The position numbers were made by a program, and so were the translations under genes. A DNA stretch of 64,000 nucleotides from assembly GCA_965283725.1 (NCBI GenBank), contig CBDIPT010000009.1, forward strand, positions 96,938 through 160,937. Direction: 5' to 3'. Source of the DNA: Limisphaerales bacterium (lineage in GTDB: Bacteria > Verrucomicrobiota > Verrucomicrobiia > Limisphaerales > JAEYXS01). The first letter of the stretch is position 1; every line of letters starts with the position of its first letter. Shown piece after piece: positions 10,109 to 20,059 of the stretch. The notes under the pieces were generated by a model, which was given only the letters and a program-made list of their open reading frames with translations, made no database searches and was not told where the DNA came from.

Positions 10109-10951
10109 ATGAAAGCACTCTCTTTACGTCGTTTTCTCTTTTCCACCGTGGCTGCTGCGGCTGTCGCGCTCGCCTCTGTCTCCTCTACGCAGGCAGCGGA
10201 CAAGGCCGGTCCCAAGCTCGGCATCCAGACCTGGACGCTGCGCAACATGACCTTTGAACAGGTCGTGGACTTCGCGGTGAAGCATGACATCAAACAGCTC
10301 CAGATGATCGGCAAGCACATCGACCCGAATGGCACCAAGGAAGACTGGGCCAAGAAAAAGGCCGTGCTCGATGAAAAAGGGCTGACCTGCTACACGTTCG
10401 GTGTCGCCGGTACTTCGATGAAGAAGGAAGAGAACCGCAAGCTGTTCGAGTTGGCAAAATTCCTCGGCTGCAAAGTCATCGTGGTGGAACCGCGTGAGAT
10501 GGGCATCTGGGACAATCTCGAAGAGCTCGTTAAGGAATACGATATCAAGCTCGCGATCCACAACCACGGCAAAGGCACCGTGTATGGTGATCCCGCCACG
10601 GTGAAGAAGATCCTCGATTCCCGTGATAAACGCATCGGCGTCTGCATGGACATCGGCTGGATCACGGCCGCTGGTTTTGATGCCGCTGAAGTCTTCAAAG
10701 GCTATAACGGTCGCGTGTATGACATGCACCTGAAGGACAAGAAGATCGAGAAATCTCAAGACGGCAAAGACATCGTCCTCGACGTCGAAGTCGGTTCCGG
10801 CGTGGCGAACTACAAGGGTCTCTTCGCCGAGATCAAGAAAGAGAAGTGGAACGGCGTGATGTCCATCGAGACGGATAATGCCTCGTTCGCTCAAGAGCCG
10901 GCAAAGTTTGTGGATGTCGCTGCGAAGTTCTTCAAAGAGAACGTGAAGTAA
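10109..10951 (+). CDS. secreted sugar phosphate isomerase/epimerase family protein (xylose-isomerase-like TIM barrel)
   Basis: Signal peptide 'MKALSLRRFLFSTVAAAAVALASVSSTQA' at an internal ATG (10109). The layout 'LGIQTWTL...VVVEP...LAIHNHG' is typical of the family. Confidence 0.65.
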   Translation: MKALSLRRFLFSTVAAAAVALASVSSTQAADKAGPKLGIQTWTLRNMTFEQVVDFAVKHDIKQLQMIGKHIDPNGTKEDWAKKKAVLDEKGLTCYTFGVAGTSMKKEENRKLFELAKFLGCKVIVVEPREMGIWDNLEELVKEYDIKLAIHNHGKGTVYGDPATVKKILDSRDKRIGVCMDIGWITAAGFDAAEVFKGYNGRVYDMHLKDKKIEKSQDGKDIVLDVEVGSGVANYKGLFAEIKKEKWNGVMSIETDNASFAQEPAKFVDVAAKFFKENVK

Positions 10952-10976
10952 GTCAGGCACGTTTTTATAAATTGCG

Positions 10977-11012
10977 AAGGCCGCCGGATGAAAATCCGGC
11001 GGCCTTTCTATT
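10977..11012 (+). terminator. stem-loop terminator between convergent genes
   Basis: 12-bp stem aaggccgccgga / tccggcggcctt with a 6-nt loop and the tail tctatttc. Confidence 0.55.
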
Positions 11013-11212
11013 TCAGCAATTACGAGTGACCGGAGGAAACTCGGGGAAAGGATATGAATATGAAATACGCTCCAATGGAGCGGACGGAAAGCAGGGTATT
11101 CGTTCGCCCCGATGGGGCGGGATATTTTGTGGAATTACACCACGAGTTCCCGTTGGTCACTCATGGCTACTATCGCTTGCCTCTTCAAGGCAAATCACTG
11201 CATCGGCTTTCT

Positions 11213-12637
11213 TCACACCGTCCGGATCTTCGCGAGCAACGCCGTGGCCTCGCTCCAACTGATCTCGTGTGGCTGACGTTTGTTCTTGGCGGCGATGGCT
11301 GCCACCGCTCCCGCGGCTTCACCCATCGCCGTGGCATTGCCGGTGACGCGATAGCTGGCGTGCGCGATGAAATCACCACTGATGCATCGGCCCGCCATCA
11401 ACAATCCATCGACATCTTTGGCAACTAGGGCACGTAATGGAATATTGTAAGGCTTCACCTTCACACCCGCATTGGAGTAAGCGGTGGTTTTGTTCATCTC
11501 CATGCTCAGCGCGTGGATATCCACCGAGAATGTCGGCCGCACCACGGCGTCTTCATGTCGTGCCCCGTTGATCACATCATCCTTGCTGACCACATAACGC
11601 CCGCGGATGCGTCGGCCATCGCGGACGCCGATCTGTTCGGCCGTGGCCACAAGCTGCAAGCCTTCCCAGATGCCCCCGAGACCACGCAATCCGTTCACGA
11701 TCCGGTTCATCTCGCTGCGGGCCCGGACGGTTGCCGTAGTGACTTCGGCAGCGTCAAAAGGCTTCACGCTGTATTCGTGATTCATCATCACGAGTAAAAG
11801 GTTGTCGCGGATCTGCCAGAGCGTGGGTTTGCTGTACCAGGGGAAGAATCCGGCACGCTTGATCTCGGCGAGGAAGTTGTCTTTGCACTTGGGATCATCG
11901 TCATGCAGCATCGGCTTGAGTTGCGTCGCATCCTTTACCACGAGCAGGGCGTTCAGCGACATCGGCTGGCAGGGGCAATCCTTTGCCTCACCAATCTCCC
12001 ATTCGCACCCCGCCAGCGCACCCAAGTCCCCATCGCCCGTAGTGTCGATGAACACCGGCGCTCGCCACGCCTGCCGACCAGACTTCGATTCTGTGACAAT
12101 CGTATTCAACTGCCGGCCCTCGCGATAAGCTGCCGCCACGCGCGTGTGCAGTTGAAATTTCACGCCTGCTTCCACCAGCAAATCCTCGAGCAACAGCTTC
12201 ATGCCTTCGGGCTCGTAAGTGATGGAGCTTTTGCTTTTGCCCCGACGGATGCCGCGTTCTTCCAGTTTCTTGGCGAGCTCTTGGGCGAACCCGGGTTTGT
12301 TGAAGTCCAGCAGATAGCCAAGCAAACCAGCCGTCCACACACCGCCGACACAGCCGCGCCATTCGAACAAGCGGACGCGTGCTCCACCCCGCGCCGCCGT
12401 GATGGCGGCAGAAACACCAGCCGGACCAGCTCCGCAAACGATCACATCGGCATCATTCGCCAAGGGCAATTCACGGCCCGGCTCCGCAAAGCGGTCCGCC
12501 GCCACGGCCTTCGCCATCTCCGCGCCAAGTAACTTGGGGGCGACGGTCGCGCCCGCACCGAGCAATGCCGTGCGGAAGAAATGGCGACGATTGAGACCGG
12601 AAGCATCGGACCCGTTGTGGGAAGGAGATGAATTCAT
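11213..12637 (-). CDS. Tat-exported FAD-dependent oxidoreductase
   Basis: Twin-arginine leader 'RRHFFRTALLGAGA' and dinucleotide-binding motif 'DVIVCGAGPAGVSAAITAARGG'. Confidence 0.8.
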   Translation of the reverse strand: MNSSPSHNGSDASGLNRRHFFRTALLGAGATVAPKLLGAEMAKAVAADRFAEPGRELPLANDADVIVCGAGPAGVSAAITAARGGARVRLFEWRGCVGGVWTAGLLGYLLDFNKPGFAQELAKKLEERGIRRGKSKSSITYEPEGMKLLLEDLLVEAGVKFQLHTRVAAAYREGRQLNTIVTESKSGRQAWRAPVFIDTTGDGDLGALAGCEWEIGEAKDCPCQPMSLNALLVVKDATQLKPMLHDDDPKCKDNFLAEIKRAGFFPWYSKPTLWQIRDNLLLVMMNHEYSVKPFDAAEVTTATVRARSEMNRIVNGLRGLGGIWEGLQLVATAEQIGVRDGRRIRGRYVVSKDDVINGARHEDAVVRPTFSVDIHALSMEMNKTTAYSNAGVKVKPYNIPLRALVAKDVDGLLMAGRCISGDFIAHASYRVTGNATAMGEAAGAVAAIAAKNKRQPHEISWSEATALLAKIRTV

Positions 12638-12727
12638 GGCAAAAGTGGGTAAGCCATGAAGCTAGCGGTTAGAATCTGCCTTGGCAATCTTTGGCACAAG
12701 ACAGAAGCAGAAGGAGAGCAGGGCGAT

Positions 12728-13462
12728 TTACAGATCCAACGGGCCAGCCATCTTGTCGCCGTCCATCTCGTAGATGCCGACCAGATAACCGTTCTCGCGG
12801 ATCTCGCCGACTTTGATCGTGCCGTAGAGCGTCACGGCCTGATCCATGATGGGTTTGATGCCTTTGCTGGTCATCTTGACGCTCACCCATTCGTTGATCT
12901 TCGGCACCGCGCCGTAGCAGCACATGGACTGGTCACGCATGATGAGCAGTTCGGTGATCAAACCGCCTTCCACCTTCAAAGGCAGCATGAAACCTTTGAG
13001 CGCGATCTGCTTCTTGTTCAGCGAGCGGATGGTTGCTGGAATCTGGTCTTTCGGGGTCGCCGCTACAGCCGTCTTGTTCGTGCTCGTTTCGTCCGGGATC
13101 ACATATTCAAAACCAGAGAGCACATCGAAACCCACGTTGAAATATTCCCGGCCTTCGCCCGTCACGATTTTTTCCAGTGCGAGCGGCTTGGCGGCGGCAT
13201 TCGTGCTCGTGGCGGCAGCGGCCACGACCGGAGCGGTTTCTTTCGAGGCGCTGGCGTTGGTGGTGGTGACGGTTGGAGCGATCACCGGTTCCCCGATCTT
13301 TGTGCCGCGCACTTCAGCGGTGGCCGGAGCCGCCGGCCCGTTCGCCTTGAACGTCTGGCCTTTCTTAAAACCGTACACCATGAAGCCGATGGCCCCGACG
13401 ACCATGACCAGGCATAGGACCACCAGCAAAGCATTTCCGCGTTGTGCGCTACCACGTTTCAT
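12728..13462 (-). CDS. DUF3299 domain protein (membrane-anchored)
   Basis: N-terminal TM helix, an Ala/Thr/Pro linker, and the C-terminal signature 'IMRDQSMCCYGAVPKINEWVSVKM' characteristic of DUF3299. Confidence 0.7.
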   Translation of the reverse strand: MKRGSAQRGNALLVVLCLVMVVGAIGFMVYGFKKGQTFKANGPAAPATAEVRGTKIGEPVIAPTVTTTNASASKETAPVVAAAATSTNAAAKPLALEKIVTGEGREYFNVGFDVLSGFEYVIPDETSTNKTAVAATPKDQIPATIRSLNKKQIALKGFMLPLKVEGGLITELLIMRDQSMCCYGAVPKINEWVSVKMTSKGIKPIMDQAVTLYGTIKVGEIRENGYLVGIYEMDGDKMAGPLDL

Positions 13463-13538
13463 ATCAGTTGTAATCTACTACAAATCCGCGCTTATCAAAC
13501 CCTAAATATCCCCGCAGATATTGACGTTCTTTGACCGT

Positions 13539-14054
13539 TTATTCTTCAGAACCTTTGGGGAAATTGAACTTCACGTCCTTGTATTCACGCCCGCGGATCG
13601 TGATTTTTTTCAGGATGGCATCAAATTTATCCGTCGTCTTCAACCAGTCAGCTTCGGCCTCGAAGAGGGAGGTGTTGCCCACGGTTTCGCCGGTGGCTGT
13701 GCTGGCTTGAGCCTTGAACGTCAAGGTCTTGTCCTCGGTGCCCACCTTGGCTGTGACCTCAAAGGATTCGGTGAGGATGCGGGCGTAGCCGCTCATGTGT
13801 GGCAGGAGAATCCAGGCCTTCATCTTGCCCGTGGCGGCATCGCGCAGGAACTCGATGTGGAACTCTTCATCGCCCAAGGTCAGGCCCGTGCCCCCATGTG
13901 GCGGTTCGTGATGGTGATGCGCGCTTTTCTTCTCCTGGCCGTGATCGTGGCCGTCGTGTTCATCATGTTTGTCGCCACCTTTGCAGGCGCTGAGCGAGAC
14001 CAGCAGGCCGAGGCCCAAGGTGAGGGTGAGCAGGCGGTTCAAAATAGTTTTCAT
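13539..14054 (-). CDS. His-rich lipoprotein (putative metal-binding)
   Basis: Lipobox 'LLVSLSAC' at an internal ATG (14054), followed by 'DKHDEHDGHDHGQEKKSAHHHHEPPHGG'. Confidence 0.65.
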   Translation of the reverse strand: MKTILNRLLTLTLGLGLLVSLSACKGGDKHDEHDGHDHGQEKKSAHHHHEPPHGGTGLTLGDEEFHIEFLRDAATGKMKAWILLPHMSGYARILTESFEVTAKVGTEDKTLTFKAQASTATGETVGNTSLFEAEADWLKTTDKFDAILKKITIRGREYKDVKFNFPKGSEE

Positions 14055-14064
14055 ACAGCTAAGA

Positions 14065-15276
14065 TTACGACACCGGGAGCAGGTTATCGGCCACATTGGT
14101 GCGATACGCTTTCCACGCCGGAACGATACCGCACAGCGCGCTCAAGGCAATCAAACCGAGCGGCGCACCGATCATCATCGGATTATACGCGAGCGGATTC
14201 AGCACCACCCCGGTTTGGGCGCGGATGACGTTTGCTGCCGCCATGGTGATCAGCCCGTAAACCAGCAAGCCCGCGATGGCTCCGAGTGCGCCAATGGTGG
14301 TCGCCTCCAGCACTACCGCACTGAAGATAGTGCCTTTGCGCGCGCCCAAAGCCCGCAGAATGGCGATGTCCCGGCGACGTTCATTCATGGAGTTGTAGAT
14401 GCTCGCCAGGACGGAACCCGCCGCAACCACTGCCACCAAGATGGCGACCGCCGCGAGCACGCGGTCAAACCACGCGATCTTGTTGAATAACTGGGAAACG
14501 ATGGTGGCGATGGGCCACGCGAAGGTCAGCCGGTCACCTTGTTTGTTGTAGAGCTGTTCGAGGTTGCGCCCGATGAGCGGGCTGCCGGCCTTAAACTTAA
14601 TAAGCACACCGCTGATCTCATCCGCTGTGCTGGCCGCATGTCCGGCCATCTTCTGCAGACCGGCGAGCGGAATCCAGATGACGCGGTCCGCTGGCGTGTT
14701 GCTCGGCTCCATGATGCCGACCACGACATACGTTTCCGCGTGTTGATCATTCGGATTAAAGATGAGCCCGTGGTAAGGCTGGAACTTATCGCCATACTTC
14801 AAGCCCAGCCGTTCCGCCACGAAACTGCCGATTACCGCCTCACGATATTGCTGGTCGAACACCCGGCCTTGACCGGCGACACTGAACTTCTTGCCTGCCA
14901 CATACTCCACATCGCTGAAGAGATTTGTGGTCGTGCCGACGAGCCGGTAACCCATGAAGTTATCCCCCACGGCAATGGGGATGGCAGCTTGGATATTCGG
15001 GTTTTTCTTGATCGTCTCGTAATGTTCCCACGCGATGTTGCCGGGGGATTCTTCGAGGTGGAAGATGGTGTTCAGCACGAGCTGCAGCTTGCTTCCCCGG
15101 GCGCCGAGGACGGCATCGAAGCCGCAATTCATGCTCGTAAAGGCGTTGTTCGATTGCACCTTGAGCGTCCACACAGACATCAGCAGGCCGGTCGCCAGCG
15201 CAATGGATAAGGCTGTGATGACGGTCGAGAGTGCGTGCTGTCGCAGGCTGCGCCGGATGATGAGCCACAAGGTCAT
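14065..15276 (-). CDS. ABC transporter permease, FtsX/MacB/LolE-like
   Basis: N-terminal TM helix, a large periplasmic domain and a C-terminal 3-TM FtsX-type module ('RRRDIAILRALGA'). It overlaps the ATPase gene by 4 nt. Confidence 0.85.
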   Translation of the reverse strand: MTLWLIIRRSLRQHALSTVITALSIALATGLLMSVWTLKVQSNNAFTSMNCGFDAVLGARGSKLQLVLNTIFHLEESPGNIAWEHYETIKKNPNIQAAIPIAVGDNFMGYRLVGTTTNLFSDVEYVAGKKFSVAGQGRVFDQQYREAVIGSFVAERLGLKYGDKFQPYHGLIFNPNDQHAETYVVVGIMEPSNTPADRVIWIPLAGLQKMAGHAASTADEISGVLIKFKAGSPLIGRNLEQLYNKQGDRLTFAWPIATIVSQLFNKIAWFDRVLAAVAILVAVVAAGSVLASIYNSMNERRRDIAILRALGARKGTIFSAVVLEATTIGALGAIAGLLVYGLITMAAANVIRAQTGVVLNPLAYNPMMIGAPLGLIALSALCGIVPAWKAYRTNVADNLLPVS

Positions 15277-15956
15277 GACGCCACCTCCTGCACGGCGGCG
15301 CGATTGATAGCGGTCAGCTTGCGGACCATCTCAAATTGTTCGAGCACATGGATGTCATGGCTCACCAGCAGCAGCGAGGCGCCGTTTTCTTTCGAGGCTT
15401 CCCGGATGAGCGCCAAGGCTTCCCGCGCGTTTTTGGCATCGAGATTGCCCGTGGGTTCATCGGCGAGGATAAGCTTGGGCTTGTTCGCCAAGGCCCGAGC
15501 CACTGCTACGCGTTGTTGCTGGCCGGTAGAAAGCTGACGTGGGTAATGGTTCAACCGGTTGCCCAGGCCGACGCGCTGGAGCAGTTCTGTCGCCCGCTGG
15601 CGATCCGCGCCGGGGCCAAAAGACATACCCAGCAGGACGTTTTCGAGGCAGGTAAACCCTTGGAGCAGATTGAAGGTCTGGAAAATGTAACCGATTGTGG
15701 TGGCGCGAACGTAATCGCGTGAACTTTCGCTCATGCCGCCCAATTCCGCACCGGCGAGATGAATGGTGCCGGAGTCCGGCTTCAGGATACCTGCGATGAG
15801 GTTTAGGAACGTCGTCTTGCCTGAGCCGCTTTCGCCAGCGAGTGCTTCCTGCGTCTTTTCATCGAGGGAAAATGACGGCACATCGACAACCAGATGCGTC
15901 CCGCCCTCCGGGGTGGCATAGGCTTTCTTCAGGTCTTTAATTTCCAGCAAAGGCAT
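15273..15956 (-). CDS. ABC transporter ATP-binding protein (LolD/MacB-type)
   Basis: Walker A 'GESGSGKTT', signature 'LSTGQQQRVAVARAL' and Walker B 'LILADEPTGNLD'. Confidence 0.9.
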   Translation of the reverse strand: MPLLEIKDLKKAYATPEGGTHLVVDVPSFSLDEKTQEALAGESGSGKTTFLNLIAGILKPDSGTIHLAGAELGGMSESSRDYVRATTIGYIFQTFNLLQGFTCLENVLLGMSFGPGADRQRATELLQRVGLGNRLNHYPRQLSTGQQQRVAVARALANKPKLILADEPTGNLDAKNAREALALIREASKENGASLLLVSHDIHVLEQFEMVRKLTAINRAAVQEVAS

Positions 15957-16073
15957 GATGCGTGATGCAGTCCATTATCGCCCGCGTTACGGGCTGGAAG
16001 CAAATGGATTGCATAGACGAGTTTTGGACGGCTCAAGCTTGTTTTTGTTCACGCTTTTCTTTTTGGTGAGGCC

Positions 16074-16955
16074 ATGAAATCCGCCTCTCGTCCAACGGTT
16101 GTTGTCATCGGCAGTGCCAATATGGATTTACTGTCTCGTGTGAAGACCTTCCCGCGACCCGGTGAGACGCGGAGCGGGGATGCTTTGCAGCAACGGCCGG
16201 GCGGGAAAGGGGCGAATCAGGCCATCGCCGCTGCCCGATGCGGGGCCAAGGTGAGTTTTATTGGAAATATTGGCCATGGCGCGTTCGGTGATGTGTTGGT
16301 GCAAGGCTTGGAACGGGAGGGAATTGATCTGACGCATTTGGCGCGTAGTTCACGGCTGCCAGCAGGCACGGCGCTGATTCTTCTGAACGAGGCAGGTGAA
16401 AACCAGATCGTAGTGACGCGCAGTTCCAATGATTTGGTGAGCCCGGCGCAAATCCGACGGGCCAAAAGGCTGATTCAAGGGGCTGAAATGATGCTGCTCC
16501 AGATGGAGATCCCGTGGGCCAGTGTGCAAACCGCCATTGAGATAGCCCATGCTGCCGGAGTGCCGGTGATTTTGAACCCCGCTCCGGTCACGCAGTCGCT
16601 CCCTAAGGGGGTGCTAAGCAAGATCACTTGGCTGACACCTAATGAACACGAACTGGCCATCCTAACCGGCCAGCGTGTGGACAGTCCCGCTGAGATTGAG
16701 GCAGCGGCTGGGTGGTTGTTGGCGCAAGGTGTTCCTAACGTGGTGGTTACCTGTGGAGCACGCGGGGCTTTCTGGGCTTCAAAAACGACCCGAAAATGGG
16801 CTCCCGCTCCAGTAGTTAAAGTTATTGATACGGTCGGCGCGGGGGATTTTTTTAATGGTGCCTTCGCCTTCAACTTGGCTGCTGGAAGGGGGGCGCTAGG
16901 GGCTCTGGACGCTTCGATTCGTATTGCTTCTGCAAAAGTTGCTCAAAAAAGCTGA
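16074..16955 (+). CDS. rbsK: ribokinase
   Basis: PfkB motifs 'GGKGANQA' and 'DTVGAGDFFNGAFA', with the N-terminal 'VVVIGSANMDL'. Confidence 0.8.
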   Translation: MKSASRPTVVVIGSANMDLLSRVKTFPRPGETRSGDALQQRPGGKGANQAIAAARCGAKVSFIGNIGHGAFGDVLVQGLEREGIDLTHLARSSRLPAGTALILLNEAGENQIVVTRSSNDLVSPAQIRRAKRLIQGAEMMLLQMEIPWASVQTAIEIAHAAGVPVILNPAPVTQSLPKGVLSKITWLTPNEHELAILTGQRVDSPAEIEAAAGWLLAQGVPNVVVTCGARGAFWASKTTRKWAPAPVVKVIDTVGAGDFFNGAFAFNLAAGRGALGALDASIRIASAKVAQKS

Positions 16956-17107
16956 CAAAGCCTTAGACTTGGTGGATATTGAATATATTCCGATGCATTT
17001 TAAGGATTCTTAATCCGCTCTTAATGCTGTATTATTTAGGGTCACCCAAAATGCTTAGAGAATTTGTTGTAACAAAGACTTAAGTTGCTCCGTCAATAGA
17101 CATAGAT

Positions 17108-18100
17108 ATGAAAAAGATTTCGGAACAGTTGCGTGTTAAGCACGCGTTTACACTTATCGAACTGCTGGTGGTCATCGCCATCATCGCGATTTTGGCCGGT
17201 ATGCTTCTGCCCGCTTTGGCCAAGGCCAAGGCCCGTGCCATTGCCAACAACTGCATGAGCAATTTGAAGCAGTTTGGGGTTGGACAGGGGATGTACGCGG
17301 CGGATAACAGCGACAAGATCATGTATAGCCACATCCGCTTTAAGTATGGTGTGGAAATGACTTGGGATGATCTTTTGGGCAACTACATCGGGTCGTCCAT
17401 GTCAGAAGCCGAGCAGTGGTCTGGGCCTTATAACAATTCCACGGGCAATTACGCCGGTTACAATAAATCGCTGCTTTGCCCGGCTGATAAATCGATCGGG
17501 CCTTCTTGGTGGGGTGCTGCCAGCAAGAATATCCATCGTTCCTATTCTGTTCCTCGCTATATCTCTACGGATGCCGGTGCCGGTTGGCCGCCGAATCCGT
17601 CCTCGAGCACGGGTATTGGTCTGGCTTGGAATTTCGGCAATGCAGCCGCAGATTCGCAAGCTAACGGCTACAATCCGTGGAACAAGGTGGAAAGAGATTC
17701 AGTGAATACGGTTGCCGGTCCGGTGATCACCTATACCAGCAGCACGATTCCTACGCCGGCTCCGAAGAAGCAGATGGCGTTCTACGGCAGCAGCTTGAAA
17801 GCGGGCGACGAAATCATCTTGCTCACGGAACGTATCCATGTTTCCAACATGATGGGGCACCCTGACGTGTCGTTCATTGATAACTCAAACCAACATGTGA
17901 CGACGGGCACTGCTACGGCTCAGCAGGGCGGTTTGGATTATACGTATCCTTTGGAGCGCGATTATCACGCCAATGCGAGCTTCAACTATCTCTTTGTCGA
18001 TGGTCACGTTGAATTCTTGGCCCCGGGCAAAACCTTGGGTGCTACCAATGTGAACCGTGGTCTTCGCACCGGTATGTGGACGGTCAATCCGCAGCAATAA
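17108..18100 (+). CDS. DUF1559 / H-X9-DG protein with prepilin-type N-terminal methylation motif
   Basis: '[32 protein letters not shown]' at the N-terminus and '[12 protein letters not shown]' near the C-terminus. Confidence 0.9.
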   Translation: MKKISEQLRVKHAFTLIELLVVIAIIAILAGMLLPALAKAKARAIANNCMSNLKQFGVGQGMYAADNSDKIMYSHIRFKYGVEMTWDDLLGNYIGSSMSEAEQWSGPYNNSTGNYAGYNKSLLCPADKSIGPSWWGAASKNIHRSYSVPRYISTDAGAGWPPNPSSSTGIGLAWNFGNAAADSQANGYNPWNKVERDSVNTVAGPVITYTSSTIPTPAPKKQMAFYGSSLKAGDEIILLTERIHVSNMMGHPDVSFIDNSNQHVTTGTATAQQGGLDYTYPLERDYHANASFNYLFVDGHVEFLAPGKTLGATNVNRGLRTGMWTVNPQQ

Positions 18101-18103
18101 GTT

Positions 18104-18553
18104 ATGCGTCGTAATTATCAAGGTATCCTGATCGCTCTGGGTTTGGCGTTGGTGGGTTGCGGTAAAGATCCGGAAACCGCTCCTTCGGCACCAAAGACGA
18201 CCACGGCGACTGAAGTGACGGCAACACCGGCAACGCCGGTTGTCGCTCCGGCTCCGGCCCCAGCTCTGGTCGCCCCGCCTCCGGGACAAAACCTGGCGGC
18301 GACGACTCCGAGTGCCCCGGCAGCTCTTGCTGATTCGGACATCATGGGTGGCAATGGTCGCCCGCTGACGGCTGATGAGAAGATGCTGTTGAACTACGGC
18401 ATCGACATGTTCAACACCGAGAAGGGCCGTTATCCTAAGGATCTGGCCGAAGCGGTGGCCAGCAAGCACATCACGCGCCTGCCGAAGTTGCCGCCGGGTG
18501 AAGAGCTTAGTTACGATCCTAAGACGGGCAAAGTCACCGTCATCAAGAAGTAA
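18104..18553 (+). CDS. small Pro/Ala-rich lipoprotein, unknown function
   Basis: Lipobox 'LALVGC'. It starts 4 nt after the DUF1559 stop codon. Confidence 0.7.
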   Translation: MRRNYQGILIALGLALVGCGKDPETAPSAPKTTTATEVTATPATPVVAPAPAPALVAPPPGQNLAATTPSAPAALADSDIMGGNGRPLTADEKMLLNYGIDMFNTEKGRYPKDLAEAVASKHITRLPKLPPGEELSYDPKTGKVTVIKK

Positions 18554-18571
18554 CTCCGCCCCTATTTCAGG

Positions 18572-18603
18572 GCCGTTGGACCGCAAGGTTCAACGGCTTT
18601 TTT
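18572..18603 (+). terminator. rho-independent terminator
   Basis: 11-bp stem gccgttggacc-gcaa-ggttcaacggc (GNRA loop) followed by T6. Confidence 0.8.
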
Positions 18604-18621
18604 GTTGGCCGGGAGGCTTAA

Positions 18622-19996
18622 TCAACATCTGCCCGGATTCAGCGTGCCGTGGGGATCAAGGGCTTTGCGGAGTTCGCGCATCACGCGCATCTGGGCGTCG
18701 CCCGCGAACTTGGGCAGGAATGATTTCTTGGCCATGCCGATGCCATGTTCACCGGTGATCGTGCCGCCGAGCCGGATCGCTTCTTCGAAGATCTCTTTGA
18801 AGGCTTCCTCCACGCGGTGCATCTCGTCTTTGTTGCGTTCATCCGTGAGGAAGGTGGGGTGCAGATTGCCATCGCCCATGTGACCGAAGGTGCCCACGCG
18901 AAGATTGTATTTCTTGGCCACCTGTTCCACGAAGCGGATCATTTTCCCCAGCTCACTGCGTGGCACCGTGGCATCTTCAAGAATGGTGGTGGGGAAACCC
19001 GCGCAAGCGCGGAGAAGGCAGCCCGGCGTGCGCTGGCCAGCTTCGTTGCTTCCGCGTCATCCTTGGCCACAATGACCTCCAGGCAACCGGCTTCACGGCA
19101 CTTCGCCTCCATCTGCGCCGCCTCTTCGGCGACTACCGCAGGGTGGCCATCCGTTTCGATCAGGAGCAAGGCTTCGCAATTCAACGGCAGACCGATCTTT
19201 GCATAATCCTCCACGCAATGGATCGTCATGCGGTCGAGGAACTCCAATGTGCACGGGATGATCTTCGCCGCGATGATGGCCGAGACGGTTTCCGCCGCCT
19301 GGCCCATGCGCGCGAAGGTGGCAATCATCGTTTTCTTCGTCTGCGGTTTCGGGATGAGCCGCAGTAACACTTTGGTGATGACTCCAAGCGTGCCTTCTGA
19401 GCCGATAAACAAGTCTTTAAGCGAATAGCCGGCCACATCTTTCACGCACTTGTTACCGGTCCATAACACTTCGCCATCGGGCAAAACCACTTCCAGGCCC
19501 ATCACGTAATTCCGCGTGACGCCATACTTCAAGCCGCGCAAGCCGCCTGAATTCTCGGCCACATTCCCGCCAATCGTAGAAATGCGCATGGAGCCGGGGT
19601 CAGGCGGATAAAAAAGCCCAACCTTCTCCGCCGCTTCCGCGACTTTCACCGTGGTGATGCCCGGTTCGACCAGCATCGTGAGATTCGCCTCATCCACCTC
19701 GAGGATCTTATCCATCCGCACGGTGCACATGACGATGCAATCGGGCGAGGGGAGGCTGCCACCGCTCAGGCCCGTGCCGGAACCGCGCGTGACCACGGGC
19801 AGCCGGTTTGCATCCGCATACTTCAACAGGGCAACGATCTGCGCTGTCGTCTCCACGAAGAGCACGCACCCGGGCATCTGGAGCATCGCCGCCGTGCCAT
19901 CAAAGGCATACGGCACCAAGTCCTCTTCTTGGTCAGAACGTTGTGCGGACCAACGATGCCTTGTAAGGCGTGCAGATGTTCAGCGGTAAGAGCCAT
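18622..19996 (-). pseudogene. glcD: FAD-linked oxidase, glycolate oxidase subunit GlcD-like, with two frameshifts
   Basis: ORFs 18622-18966 and 18939-19919, plus a short 5' piece starting at ATG 19996 ('MALTAEHLHALQGIVGPHNVLTK'). The frame is restored by +1 nt at 19929-19930 ('TKEEDLVPYAFDG') and at G4 run 18991-18994 ('ARVSPTTILEDATVPRSELGK'). The total of 1375 nt plus 2 gives 459 codons. Confidence 0.8.
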
Positions 19997-20059
19997 AGAG
20001 TTGCCTAAGATGATTCAATACACCGTTTTGTGTCTTTTGTGCTTCTTTGTGGCTAGGCT

